From NCBI GenBank assembly GCA_040954595.2, contig CM082576.2, positions 10,047,129-10,111,128 on the forward strand: a stretch of DNA of 64,000 nt, written 5' to 3'. Shown one piece after another: positions 38,101 through 49,632 of the stretch; positions within the stretch are counted from its first letter, which is position 1, and each line of letters begins with the position of its first letter. Origin of the DNA: Balanoglossus misakiensis (Eukaryota > Animalia > Hemichordata). Under the pieces are notes generated by a model that was not told the DNA's origin, ran no database searches, and saw nothing but the letters and a program-made list of their open reading frames with translations. The translations under genes and the position numbers were made by a program.

Positions 38101-41100
38101 AAAAAATGTCAGCTTCTCACTTTTTTTCATACACAATCTGTGTTTCTGCACTAAAAACCTAAAGTTCTACAATCTTTCTGGTTAGTAGATTAAGAGTGTA
38201 TCCCAGTGCATGCTAAAAGTTTTATGTGTGATCATATCAATTAAGCCATATATGATACTTTAATATACAGATATTACATTTTGGTGGGTTGCGAGAGTAA
38301 TGTTTAAAGGCAGTTTCACTTAAATCTTAATTGGGCGTAACAGTTTAAACTCAACATTGAGACTTTGGTAACATGCTATGGACAGGTCATTGCCCTCATA
38401 TTCTGGGTAATCTTTACTTCACCTTACATGTAAGGTAGATATAGCTATGCTGTATGGCTTCATGTACGGTATAAACTGATAGTTTTATGCACGTTTTGGT
38501 AAAATACTGAGAATGATATATCACTTTCATATAATCCATCACTGCTTTCAAATGAAACATATCATGTCAACGGACATATGTTACCTGTACATGTCTGATG
38601 GTTTGGGTCACAGTAAACCATCTGTTAATATAAAAGAAATCTGTGTCCAGTCAATGGTCATGAAACCCTGAATCACCCTGTGCTCAAGTGGTCCCAACAT
38701 AGAAGACAGTATGTGCGCTATCTTTTCGGCACCATGCAAATAAGTATCTGTTGATTTTTGCCAGTCGATTCACAAAACGTGTTTCATTCTGTTTCATTCC
38801 AGGTTCCATCAGAGCCCCCGAAAGAAGAGCCCAAACCGACAGTTGAGGAGCAACCCGCCCCTCTTGCTGCAGATGAGGTGAAAGAGGAAGATGCGGCTGC
38901 AGCGCCAGTGGAGGAGGCAGCGAAGGAGGAGAAACCGGAGGAACCTGTTGCAGAGCCCCCCAAAGAGGTGAAGTCTCATTTATGACAACCAACAATTGTA
39001 TCGGTTCAGAAGTAAAATTAACTAATTTTTCGCAAGACACAAATAACTTTACCATATGACAGCCTTGCATATCAACTGACATTGGTGAAGATCTACCACG
39101 CTTCCATTCCATGGGAATCAGACACTTTTTTCTCTGGGGTGGCAGTTACAGTGTTATCGTTCGCCATGGCTATTAAATGATTTGAACCATCGTCATTTCT
39201 GTTCAATATAAAATGAAGGGAGCAGTCCTGTAAAAAGGGGTGCAGTGCCATAAACTCTGCAATATGTTTCCAAGATATACGACCACATATGCAGAAAATA
39301 ACTTCTCAAACAAGGTCAGCGAGAGACTTGGAGACCAAATGCGTATATGCTGACTCACATTCCTTTATGACTAGACGTAGAACATTTGATATGTTTCAAA
39401 AGGCTTACCCTGATGCAACCTCTCACTTGTGAACTTTTTACAGTGACATAAAAATGTTTTATGCTGTATTTGAAGATGACTTGCTCAATATAAGACATAC
39501 ACGCTATCCCAAGTTGTACCGTGAAATGCACAATGACTTCTGTGCAGGAAATAAATTTAAGTACAATGTATCTGTGATATTTTTATAATTAAAATATATC
39601 CCTCTAAAATATTCAATAGAATCTATAAAATAGGCACTAAACTTTCAACACAATCTAAACTTCAATCTGTAATTTTTTTGTAGGACTATTTTTGTGTTTT
39701 AGATACCACTTTCACTGAATGAATTTTTAAAATCTTTTTTGATTGACAGCCTGAAAAAGAACCTGAAGCAAAAGAAGAGCCTGCCCCTGCCGCTGCTCCA
39801 GCCGCAGTAGCTGTAGCAGCTGCAGTTGCTGCAGCAGTAGTTGCTGAGGAGACCCCAAAAGCAGAGGAGCCTGAAGCAGCAAAGGTTGAAGAAGCGGCAC
39901 CTGCTGAACCGGAGAAGGAAGTAGAGCCAGCGGCTGCGGTGGAAGAGAAAGCAGCCGAAGAACCGGCTGTGCAGGAAGAAACACCGGCAGAAGAGCAACC
40001 GGCCGAGGAGGAGGTCAAGCCGGCCGAGGAAGCGCCGCAGCCTGAGGTGCAGAAAGCCGAAGATGAAGTCGTCGAGGCAGCACCTGCAGTTGCGGAGGAG
40101 GAAAAGCCGGCCGAGGAAGCGCCGCAGCCTGAGGTGCAGAAAGCCGAAGATGAAGTCGTCGAGGCAGCACCTGCAGCTGCGGAGGAGGAAAAGCCGGCCG
40201 AGGAAGAGAAGCCTGCAGAAGAGGCGGCCGCCCCCACCGAGGTTGTCACGGAAAAGCAAGATGAAGAACCGGCAGAAGAAGTCAAGGAAGCCCCCGTAGA
40301 GGAGGCGAAAACAGAGGAACCCGAGCAAGAAGCGGCCCCAGCCGCCGCTGCGGAAGAACCCACCCCGGAAGTCGAAGCCACTCCAGAGGCACCGGTCGCC
40401 GTGGAGACTCAGGGAGAGAAAGTGGAAGCCGAAACGACGGAAGAGAAACCAGCCGTGGCAGAAGAGGCACCCGCAGAGGCAGAAACGGCGGCGCCAGTTG
40501 AGGCCGCGCCAGTAGAACAGGCAGAGGCAGCCGAAACAGAAGCAGAAGCGCCTGCAGAGGCAGAAAAACCAGCAGAACCAGAACCAGAGCCACAAGCAGA
40601 GGCCGCCGTTGTCGAACCCGTGCTGGAACAGAAAGAAGAAGCGGCCGCAGAGTCGGCACCGACGGAGTCCGGACCGACAGAGGAAGCGGAGGCAACCGTG
40701 GCAGAACCGGAAACAGCAGCGGAAACGCCGGCCGAGGTGCAACCGGAGCAGAAGGAGGAGGAAGAAGCAGTAGCAGAGTCGGCACCATCAGAAGAGGCGC
40801 CACCAGCAGAAGCGGTCGTTGAAGCACCAGAACCAGAAGCTCCGGCTGAACAGAAGGAAGAATCGACGGAGGCCGCCCCGGCTGAGGAGGAGGAGCCCAA
40901 ACAGACGGAAGAACCCGCAGCAGAACAGAAAGAGGAGGCAGCAGTGGAGTCTGCTCCCGTCGAAGAGGCCCCGGCTGCAGCAGAACCGGAAGCACCTTCG
41001 GAAGAAGCAGCGCCAGAGCCAACAGAGCAGCAAGAAGCCCCGGCAGCAGAACCCGAGAAAACAGAACAAGCTGAAGTTGCAGCGACAGAACCGGAGACGG

Positions 41101-44100
41101 AAGAACAGCCGGAAGGTCCAGCGGCGGCCGAGCCAGAGCAAACAGAGCAACCGGCAGCAGAAGCCACCGAGACAACAGAAACTCCAGCAGCAGAACCGGA
41201 ACAACAACCGGAAGCGCCCGCGGAGACACCAGCTGAACCAGAAAGCAAAGCTGAAGATTCTGCCCCTTCTGAAGAGGGGAAAATTCCAGTCGTCTTCTCA
41301 TGGTCTCATGGCGGCAAAGAAGTGTCAGTAGCGGGAACTTTCAGCGACTGGCAACAAGTTCCTTTGACAGAGAAGTAAGTCACAGTTACCAACACCATTG
41401 TCATATTTCTACATATGCAAGCAAACATGATACTTTTCTTTATGCATTCAAATTATGAGCACTTCCAATCCCATATTTTATGAGAAAATAGTGAATCCAC
41501 TGATAAAAATAAAGTGTGATTTCATATCCCACCACTGTTCATCAACTCCTTTGTGTATAACCAGGTAAAATCTATGTGCACTGTGTTCTTCAAGCATGTA
41601 TCTAATGTAATAGCTTTCTTGAGTGGTTGATGAGAAATTGAGCAACAGCTAGTCCCAAGACTAACAGATATATGTGTTGCATGCAATGGGCAGAACTCAC
41701 ATTCATAATCAGCTGCTACTATATACTGACTAAACTAAAAGGCAGCTGCTAAAATATCCTTGGATGAAGTTATTATAACGATAAGTTTTTCTTGTGATGA
41801 ATTTAGATCATGAAATCAGAATTCATTGGGTCTGTGCAGGCCTGCCTGTCAAATGTGTAAACCTCTGAAACACCGAAAACAAGCACAATTTTTTTGGCTT
41901 CAATCTTTTGAACTGTTCTGGAATGTGTAAAGTGTGGTTTTACATTGACCAGGTAGCCAGATTTTAAAATAAAAGCACTTATAATCTTTATATGAAAAAA
42001 CTGTAAAAATAATGTAATGTTGTGTCAGAGTTCTACACTAACATGAGCATGGCTATATTTAATGCATGTTATTCTCAAAATGTTATATCTGCTGTCACTG
42101 TCATTGTGTTTTTTTTCTGTTTTCTCTGTTTCTGATCAATTTCACCCGGCAACAAATAACTTCATTGGAATGGCCTAAAAAAATTTCACCCATGCGTCTG
42201 AGCAGCAATGGCAGTTTTACGTCAAGGCTAGAGCTTGATGAGGGCAAATATCAGTTCAAGTATGTGGTTGATGGCCAGTGGGTTATCGACGAGAGCCAGG
42301 TAAAATCATGCTTTTTTCTAGGAGAGGGAGTTTTCCCATCTTGCTGTGTGTGTAGGGGCTGTGAACACTTCATAGATTGTGACTCCTGTCTGTTGAGATT
42401 GTGAAATTTTGTTCCTCTCATAATTATTACCAGTGTTCATGATAAATTTTATCTTATATCACTTTGGACACCGGAATTGCTATAAAAGCAATTAAAATAT
42501 AATTGAAAGTGGAAACATTCTTCAAGCTTTCTCTGCGTTCTTCAGTATCTGCGAGTCACTTCTGAGCAGTTCACAGTTTCTATACCCAGAGTATTTTTCA
42601 TTGTCTGTGTGATGTTTAACGACCATGCAAATGTTGTGTTCCCATTGATTGATGCATACAGTGACGGTGAATTCAGTGTAAGTCTTGAGTTAACCGAGGG
42701 CCAGCACCAGTTTAATTTTATGGTGGATGGTGAACAAAAGCTCAGTTCTGCATACAAGGTAAATGACAACCTCAAGTAATACATACGTTCAGATAACGTT
42801 TGATTTCTTCGTGTTCACACACCAAGTGCCAACTGGCCACCTACATTATACAGTCACCATGACGACATTCACACACTTTGCGTTTACAGCTGGGAGCAAA
42901 GAAGAGTGACTAATAATCAAGTAAAGAATTTTGCATTCTGTCAACACGTTATCAAACATGATAAAATGTGTTGGTGAAATTGCATGTAGAATTTGATATG
43001 ACCGCCACAAACTGCCTTTGAAATACGAGGAAGGCTTTTCGAAAATATATGTCAACACGTAATATGTGGGGGTCATGACTTAATTTTGTATGCATGTCAG
43101 AGTGATCATTGTGGTGACAAATACAGCATGGGTCAACTTTGTAAAAAAAATTCCAGCTAATGAAAGATACACTAAAAAGTGATAAAAGTGGTTGATTAAT
43201 ATACTAACCTATAAAAAAAACTTCAATTTTATCAAAAGGAATTGATATATAAAATGGACAAATACAATGTACAACTAATAAAACAACCCAAAATACATCA
43301 CTTGCATATTAAACATTTATGTTCTTCATGTAGCATGTTCCCACGAATACATCTCAGTGGGGAAAAATGCCCTGATAACAAAAGCAAAACTCAGGATTGT
43401 CTGTGGATGGCGAATAGCTGGCAGCTGGAATAAATGATTCAAAATTCCTTGCATGTGTCATGCCCATCTGTCTGCAATAAAATCCCTGTCATCTATTATT
43501 ACTTTATTGTGACACAAGTGATTGGGTTAGTACAACAAGGCTCAAAATAATACTGTTACTGCTGTCCCCAATCAGTCTATATGAAAAAAGGAATGATTTT
43601 TCATTGAACAAAAAAAGGAATGATTTTCCATAGAATACAATGTATGGAAATGGTATGTTTAAAAGTGCTGGCAATTTTTTTAAAAAACTCAACCGTGCAA
43701 TACTTTCCAGAGTATGCCCCCCCCCCCCCTAAATTAGTCCACTCCAAACTTTCTTCCATGGGAACCACATCAAGACCGGAGTAGGGACCCTCTGCTGTTT
43801 GAGACTCTCAATTTCTGTTATGTTTAATAGCTGGCCACCATTTGACACAGTTCTCTGTGCCGCTCAGGACCACCACTTGGCACACCGGGAGCTCCATGTA
43901 GTTCTCACCAAGCCAGACTGAAAACAAGGGCATGATGTACATGCACAAGCAGAGCAAAACATAAATGCCGGCCAATACCCAAATTACTGTCTGATCACAG
44001 TCCACATTATGTGTGCTCCGGTTGTTCAAAATAATTGGCATGGGGATGGGCGATGTTTGACCTGACCTGCTTTTCTGATGTCTTGCCTGACCTAAAAATA

Positions 44101-44807
44101 CTAACTTGAAGATTGGAAATCTGATGACCAATTAACACATGGGCTTACACATTGCAATGTTTTGTAATAAATAAAAACGGGTATCATTAATTTATGCAAA
44201 ACCAGTGAATTATAATGTGTTTTTAATATAAGCAATTTACAATTTGTTGAAGTAACCTCCCTTAATCTTATTGATCAGTTGGGGAAGAGCGTCAGGAAAT
44301 GAGTCCCTGAAGTAAAAAAAAAAACACTGCAAATTTAAAGGGGAGGCTCAGTGCGGCTGATGTGCTAGCTTTGGGTTCAGTTATTCAGAAAAGGGCCTTT
44401 TTCACCATCTCTACCAGACAAAAGCAGTGGCGCAGGTTGCATTCTAGGGCTTCATCAACTTTGGATCTTGGGGAAAAGGCACACAAGCTTGATGCCTCGG
44501 TCACATTAGATATCTGGGACCATCTTGCAATGAATATGAGCATCACTGATTACTATGGTCCCGCATTGTTTATACTCGCATCCTGGCAAGAACGTGGGTG
44601 AGTTAACAATTCCATGGCAAAAATAGCTTTTCCTGAATAACTGAACCCAAAGCTAGCACATAATAATAAAAAAAATAGCCAGACTGAACTTCCCCTTTAA
44701 ATACACGTGATTGCGTTATTAAGTTATCTCCGTGTGTTATCTTTCCTCAGGAAACCGTTGGTACAGACATGGGCCCAAACAACATCGTTGAAGTGAAGAG
44801 GTCCTAA
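16233..44807 (+). CDS. Predicted N-myristoylated, Glu/Ala/Pro-rich disordered protein with C-terminal AMPK-beta-type CBM48 glycogen-binding domain
   Basis: Exons 16233-16763 (MGGLFSRKK.., K/E-rich), 38803-38967, 39750-41374, either 42206-42299 or 42662-42758, and 44751-44807. Phases are compatible (0,0,2,0). C-terminus PVVFSWSHGGKEVSVAGTFSDWQQVPL..LELDEGKYQFKYVVDGQW..GPNNIVEVKRS*. Joining exon 1 across the 22-kb intron is inferred from phase and composition. Confidence 0.78.
25748..26000. repeat. Degenerate minisatellite built on GAATCAC / TATATTCTACAGAATCACCAGAATCAC-like units
   Basis: Repeated gaatcac, aatcaccag and tatattct motifs at roughly 30-bp spacing. Confidence 0.5.
33407..33445. 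repeat. (GAT)n microsatellite
   Basis: About 11-13 copies, intronic. Confidence 0.9.
35015..35287. repeat. Long compound (GAT)n/(GGT)n microsatellite
   Basis: About 270 bp of GAT interspersed with GGT/GGA triplets, intronic, no splice sites. Confidence 0.95.
36566..36598 (+). promoter_or_regulatory. Candidate internal promoter (CCAAT + TATAAAA)
   Basis: CCAAT at 36566-36570 and TATAAAA at 36592-36598, about 190 bp upstream of the ATG at 36781. Confidence 0.4.
36781..36924 (+). CDS. Candidate alternative first coding exon of the CBM48 gene (short coiled coil)
   Basis: GAAATGG Kozak context. Encodes MEAQEDIVSVIGVLQRAIEDLASRVSRIEELLQGQKQTNVGTETTPET, then a phase-0 donor ACG|GTTAGA compatible with the exon at 38803. 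Confidence 0.65.
40017..40207 (+). repeat. 87-bp coding tandem duplication (29 aa KPAEEAPQPEVQKAEDEVVEAAPA(V/A)AEEE, ~2.2 copies)
   Basis: Units start at 40017, 40104 and 40191 and are almost identical at DNA level. Confidence 0.9.
42206..42299 (+). CDS. CBM48 mutually exclusive exon A
   Basis: CAG|C AAT GGC.. NGSFTSRLELDEGKYQFKYVVDGQWVIDESQ |GTAAAA; phase 2 in, phase 0 out. Confidence 0.8.
42662..42758 (+). CDS. CBM48 mutually exclusive exon B
   Basis: CAG|T GAC GGT.. DGEFSVSLELTEGQHQFNFMVDGEQKLSSAYK |GTAAAT; phase 2 in, phase 0 out; paralogous to exon A. Confidence 0.75.
44339..44696. mobile_element. ~358-bp non-autonomous DNA transposon (Kolobok-like MITE)
   Basis: TTAA|AGGGGAGGCTCAGT...ACTGAACTTCCCCT|TTAA, plus a subterminal inverted repeat TGTGCTAGCTTTGGGTTCAGTTATTCAG / CTGAATAACTGAACCCAAAGCTAGCACA. 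AG..CT termini with TTAA flanks. Confidence 0.8.
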
Positions 44808-47800
44808 ACTCGTTGCAGCTGTTCCATTGGTGCTTTGTTGATGATATTCCACTTGAGGTCGCATATCGGTCCGCTGCGTTACATTTACGTTTACGTTGCG
44901 GTTTCGGTTGCGACATTGACTCTGACGAATCAAGCCACTGCATGCCCAGATTTGCTCCGCTCTAGGAGCGTGCCTTTTGTCATGTAGTCGAACGTAGATG
45001 TGTAGCGCTTTAGCCAAAGTATTTATAGCAAATAGAGTATCTTTTTAGTCCGAGCATTTCGTGAGATTCGTAGGTTTAGACAAATTTGATACATACCGGT
45101 AATGATGGTGCAACTGCTACGAGTTGTAATTTTCGATTTTTTTTTATTTTAACGGCTTTGATCTGGGCGGTATTTTTTCCCATTTTGACAAAAGCCATTT
45201 GGGACGTGTAATGTGTGTCCATACTGTGTGCCGTGGATGGACAGGGATGTTTCTCGGTGATCATGATTTGACAGGGAAGACTCGCCTGTTCAGCAGAATA
45301 ACAAAAAAGAAATAGTTTTTCATCTGCCATGTTTCTGAAGCTAACCATGCATCCAAATGAAACTAATTCCTATATTCAACTGTACAGACTGTAATTTTGT
45401 CGTTTTCCTGTCTCAGACTAGGCGCATTCTCACCATAATTGGGTTGGCGTACTGCAATAAATTCGACGGTGCAATGGTGAAAAATGACCAAAAGTAATAA
45501 AAAAAAATGGAAAAATTGGATGTACATTTTTCTAAAAGAAAATTGAGAAGGATTCATTTGAATGTCATGGGTGCTTGGTAACTGGCAGATAAAAATGTTG
45601 CATGGTTATTTGTGGAAAGTTTCTTTTATTTTTATCACAATGGCACATTCTATGTTCAGGGCCTCAACTTTTGCATTTAGAGGTAGTTGTTAAGGCACTC
45701 ATACGATACACTGGTACATTTTCACAAATGATTTCTGATGTGATTTTATATAATAATTTCTTGTGAGATTAGTAAATAAATGCAACAATTTCTGTCAAAA
45801 AGCAAGATAGAATCATGATAAATCTTGTAGATGTACTGGCTGTCTTCCCTCTAAACTAAAGTGGTTGGCCTCTGAATTGACTGGTCCCAGTTTAGCCACT
45901 TCCAAAGTAATGTCTTCAGCTTAAAGGTCCACTGGCTGTAACTTTTCAAGGGTTTTTGTTTTGGTCCTACTACCAGTACTAAGTTAATCTGCCCACCGTT
46001 GTGTTTGTCAACATGGCCTGTTGTGACAACCATGGTTGGCAAATGAAGTCAAATCCTTGCTCAACAATGGCAATGCTAATTGTTCTCAAGTAGGCTGTGT
46101 TGATAACAGATTTTTGCCAAGGAACGGCAGTAGGGTGATGCACAGAATAAAGGTTACAGCTAGTGGACCTCTGATGCGAAGTGTACGAGAACATGCATTC
46201 TCCCTATGGTTTAGCAGAAATCTCATAAAATGACCATGAAATTTATTCAGTAATCCAAGTCGTTAATGTTCTGCAATTCATTAATGAGTGGAACCACATT
46301 TTAGAGAAAACCCAGATCTGAGTGTGGCACTTTTATGTAGGAAAGAACCTGTAATAAAAGTTTCAACAGCAAATTTGCTTATTTCTTTATGTCTGTGCGA
46401 TTTTGCTTTAAATTTGTTCGAACTTCATTTGAAATTTTGAGTATGGTTTTCCATTCAACACAATTCATTGCGATTTCATGCATAAATATTTTGTTCTTTA
46501 AACGTTAAATTTCTTCTTAAAATACGTTTGATGTGGCCAGTTTATACATAGAACAAAAAATTCTGGGGGAAAAATTATTAAAAAAATAGAAACATCAGCA
46601 ATATTAATCCGACTAACGTTTGGAAAGATAGAGATGCTTTTCAAGATATGCGACCAGACTGACTAACATTATAGACTGAAAACAAGTTTGTTTTGCAATA
46701 AATCGCTTTAATCACTGTGGTAGACCAAAAATTTTGTACTCACTGAAAGATGGGTGAGTGCTTGTTGCTACACACCTGTACAACAAAAAACGTATAAGTA
46801 AATTATTTGACAAAGGTTTGTTGTAAGAAGCCATTTTGTAATACAACAGCCAGATAGTTGTGTTGTGCAGTATTGAGGGCGCTGTCTTAATCACTCTTTG
46901 CCTATGTTTGGTGGATATGTCATCACCGACATAGCTTAAAGAAAATGCATATAAAACTCACTGGGGCTTCAGTAGTACACAACTAAATCCTGTCAAAGTC
47001 GGACTGAGTATAGCTACTGATTTGAATAAAATTCTATAATCAGAATTAGCCTGATCGGTACTCTGCACGACTCAAACTGTTTTTTATGATTTCACTATGG
47101 TGCTAGACAATAATGTTTTATCAATCACGTATGCTAACAACTTATCTATTTAATATGTTTTTGTCTGAGATTTCTTTTATGTATCACATTTTTTTTGCTC
47201 AAGACCGGGGTTTACCTCTACCAATTATTACTACAGTACACCCTTTTCTATCAGAAAATATGCCTCTGTGCAATCAGCAATAAAATAGTTTTATCTGTGA
47301 TGATTTGTCGTGTGCCATCCTGTAAAAAAACATTCCTTTTTAAATAGGTTGTGTTTTAATTCAAAAATATTTTTTGTTGGGGGATGCGATGTGATTGTGT
47401 AAGACTTTTACTAGCTCATAAATTCAAAAAGTATAAACTTACAGTGTTTTAAATTAGTAGTTTGTTAGAATAGTATAGTTGTGTGAGGGAGCACAATTCT
47501 TTTAATTACATGAATAAATGTTATTAGTTGAGAGGTTAAGGAACCCAGAATCTACTGAAAGAACAATCTGTTGTCAGGTTATGATAATGTGTCAATCTGA
47601 GCATATTGCTCAGTTTTGGTCTCACTTCGCAGAATTAATTTGGATTTAAACAGATGTACAATTTGTACTTGGAAGAGTTTGATTGAATGACAAAAATCAG
47701 AGAAAAAAAGGAACCAATTTCATCAACTTTAACTCGTCTTCCTTGGATGTGCTTAACAAGCATGAGGACGTCCATGCCATTCAAAGATTGCAGAGGAGGG

Positions 47801-49457
47801 AAAAAAAACTTGCTGTAGCACTTGGATAAAATGATATCGCAGATGAAATGTACCAAAGATTGGTACACCAGATGTGCCAACAACACAGTTTTTAAAATAT
47901 GACAATATATTTTATACACACATTCAAAAACCTTTCAATTTTAATGTTAACAAAAGTAGGGTACAATACACACATTTACACTGTGTAAAGTCTGGCCAAC
48001 ATTTATTCAGGCTGCCTTGAAATAATTTACAGTGGTATGTTTTACTCGATGACATCAGAGAGTGATGGTGGTGCCTCCCCTCCATTAGTGGTTGTGAGTT
48101 TGACCACCAAGTGAGTAACAATACCAGGTCAAAGTTGACATTAAGTTCAGTCTGCTTGCAGTTTGGTTTGGCTGTAGAATGTGGTTCTCTGACACAGAAG
48201 GCATCATTTATCAGTCTTTTTGTTTTGTCTGTCACCACTGAAATACTAGCTCAGTGATGTCATGCAGTCTGGCCTCAGTGTATAAGGTTGGCACTTTTCG
48301 ACAGCACATCCCAATTAAAAGATTTATGTGCAGCGGGGCAAAGTACACAGTAGAAGTAGTCAATCTGTTTGATAGCTGTGAATCAAGACCAAGTGTAGTC
48401 CATTTTATTTCACAAAGCGTATCATATTCCAATAGTTTGCAGATCATGTAATCAGCGCCGGCCTCCTGAGTTCAGTATGAACCAATTGACAGTTTAGATG
48501 ACGCTTTTATACAACTCAAAACTGATGGAAAAGATTTATGTTTGCAGTTTGCAAATTGAATTTTATACACTAACAAACTAACTTATGCCATGGTATTCTT
48601 GACAATGATCTTGATCTATCATTTAATTGTTGAACACCAAGAGTCTTTCCTTCCAATGTGTTACAACTCAGATGAATTGCAAATCAATATGAGAGGCAGT
48701 AAAAAAAACTTAATTTCCATTGCCTTTTCTTTCAGTAGCAGTGTACCAAGGGTATTTAAGTATGATAATTTGCTAGCCAAGTATACTTTGCCTGCTGAGA
48801 GGTATAGAATAGAAATGTAATAATTATGATAATGATAGATAGCAAGCAGCTCGGATTTCACACTTATTACAGACATAATGAATAAAGCAGTTGTTGATGG
48901 AAAGTATTGCAAATTTGTCCGATATGTTTTATTTACCCATCCCGCCACCCCCATCAGCTTCAAAACTCACTGTGATTGGTGATGCTATTACTACTCAATA
49001 ATTTCTATTCTGATGAAAGAGAAATGTTGGCAAACAGTGATGTCATAATTTGACCCATTTTTGTGCAGAATGATATATTTGGATGCAATGGTGTAATGCG
49101 ATATGTTGTGTGTACTTTCCTATAGGAGATTCATCGGGGGTTACCAAGTGTGTACTACTGGATCTGGCCCAGTTGGTATTATGTCATCTTAGTACATATA
49201 GCAAAGAAACACTTGCAGTTCATGTGAATTGCTCAAAGCCAGAGCTGCCAAACTTGTACTTCTGATACCATTGTATCGTTGGTAATTGGTTGAATAAGCG
49301 GTTTCCATGGGTGATGCGAACAAGCCTCATAAAAACAGTTTTTGCATAGTTTTGTTGTGAATCTAGTAGTGTTGTGCAACTTCTGGTTTGAATTTATTGA
49401 CCCAATACTGCAGAATTGCCACAAAACAAATGTTAACTTGGCAAGTACATCACGAGT

Positions 49458-49577
49458 CACGTGATATAAACTTTTTCTGACATTGCGCCACCACGTGGCC
49501 ACATTCGGTCAAATGTTTACATTATTTACGCATGCGCATTCGAAGGGAAGTGTTTGGCGGGGAATTCGCAGGAAGTG
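49458..49577 (+). promoter_or_regulatory. POLA2 proximal promoter with E-box, NRF1-like, E2F-like and ETS-like sites
   Basis: CACGTG at 49458 and 49492; ACGCATGCGCA at 49528-49538; TTTGGCGG at 49553-49560; CAGGAAGTG at ~49569; locally CpG-rich, 55-175 bp upstream of the ATG. Confidence 0.6.
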
Positions 49578-49632
49578 TCTTGTGTACGACTGTGTATGTT
49601 ATTGTCGTAGTTATCCTGTATTTGAGGTGAAA

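Noticed and set aside
16764-38802. Nested genes or autonomous transposons in the 22-kb intron
   Set aside because: Only short ORFs without recognisable domains or consistent exon chains. Fragments near 21410 and 30820-30950 look like old repeats, but I could not define their ends.
39686-41331. Several long antisense and alternate-frame ORFs
   Set aside because: Shadows of the GC-rich, low-complexity E/A/P exon on the + strand.
41281-44807. Calling the gene AMPK beta (PRKAB)
   Set aside because: The stop codon follows CBM48 directly, and I found no ASC domain exon downstream.
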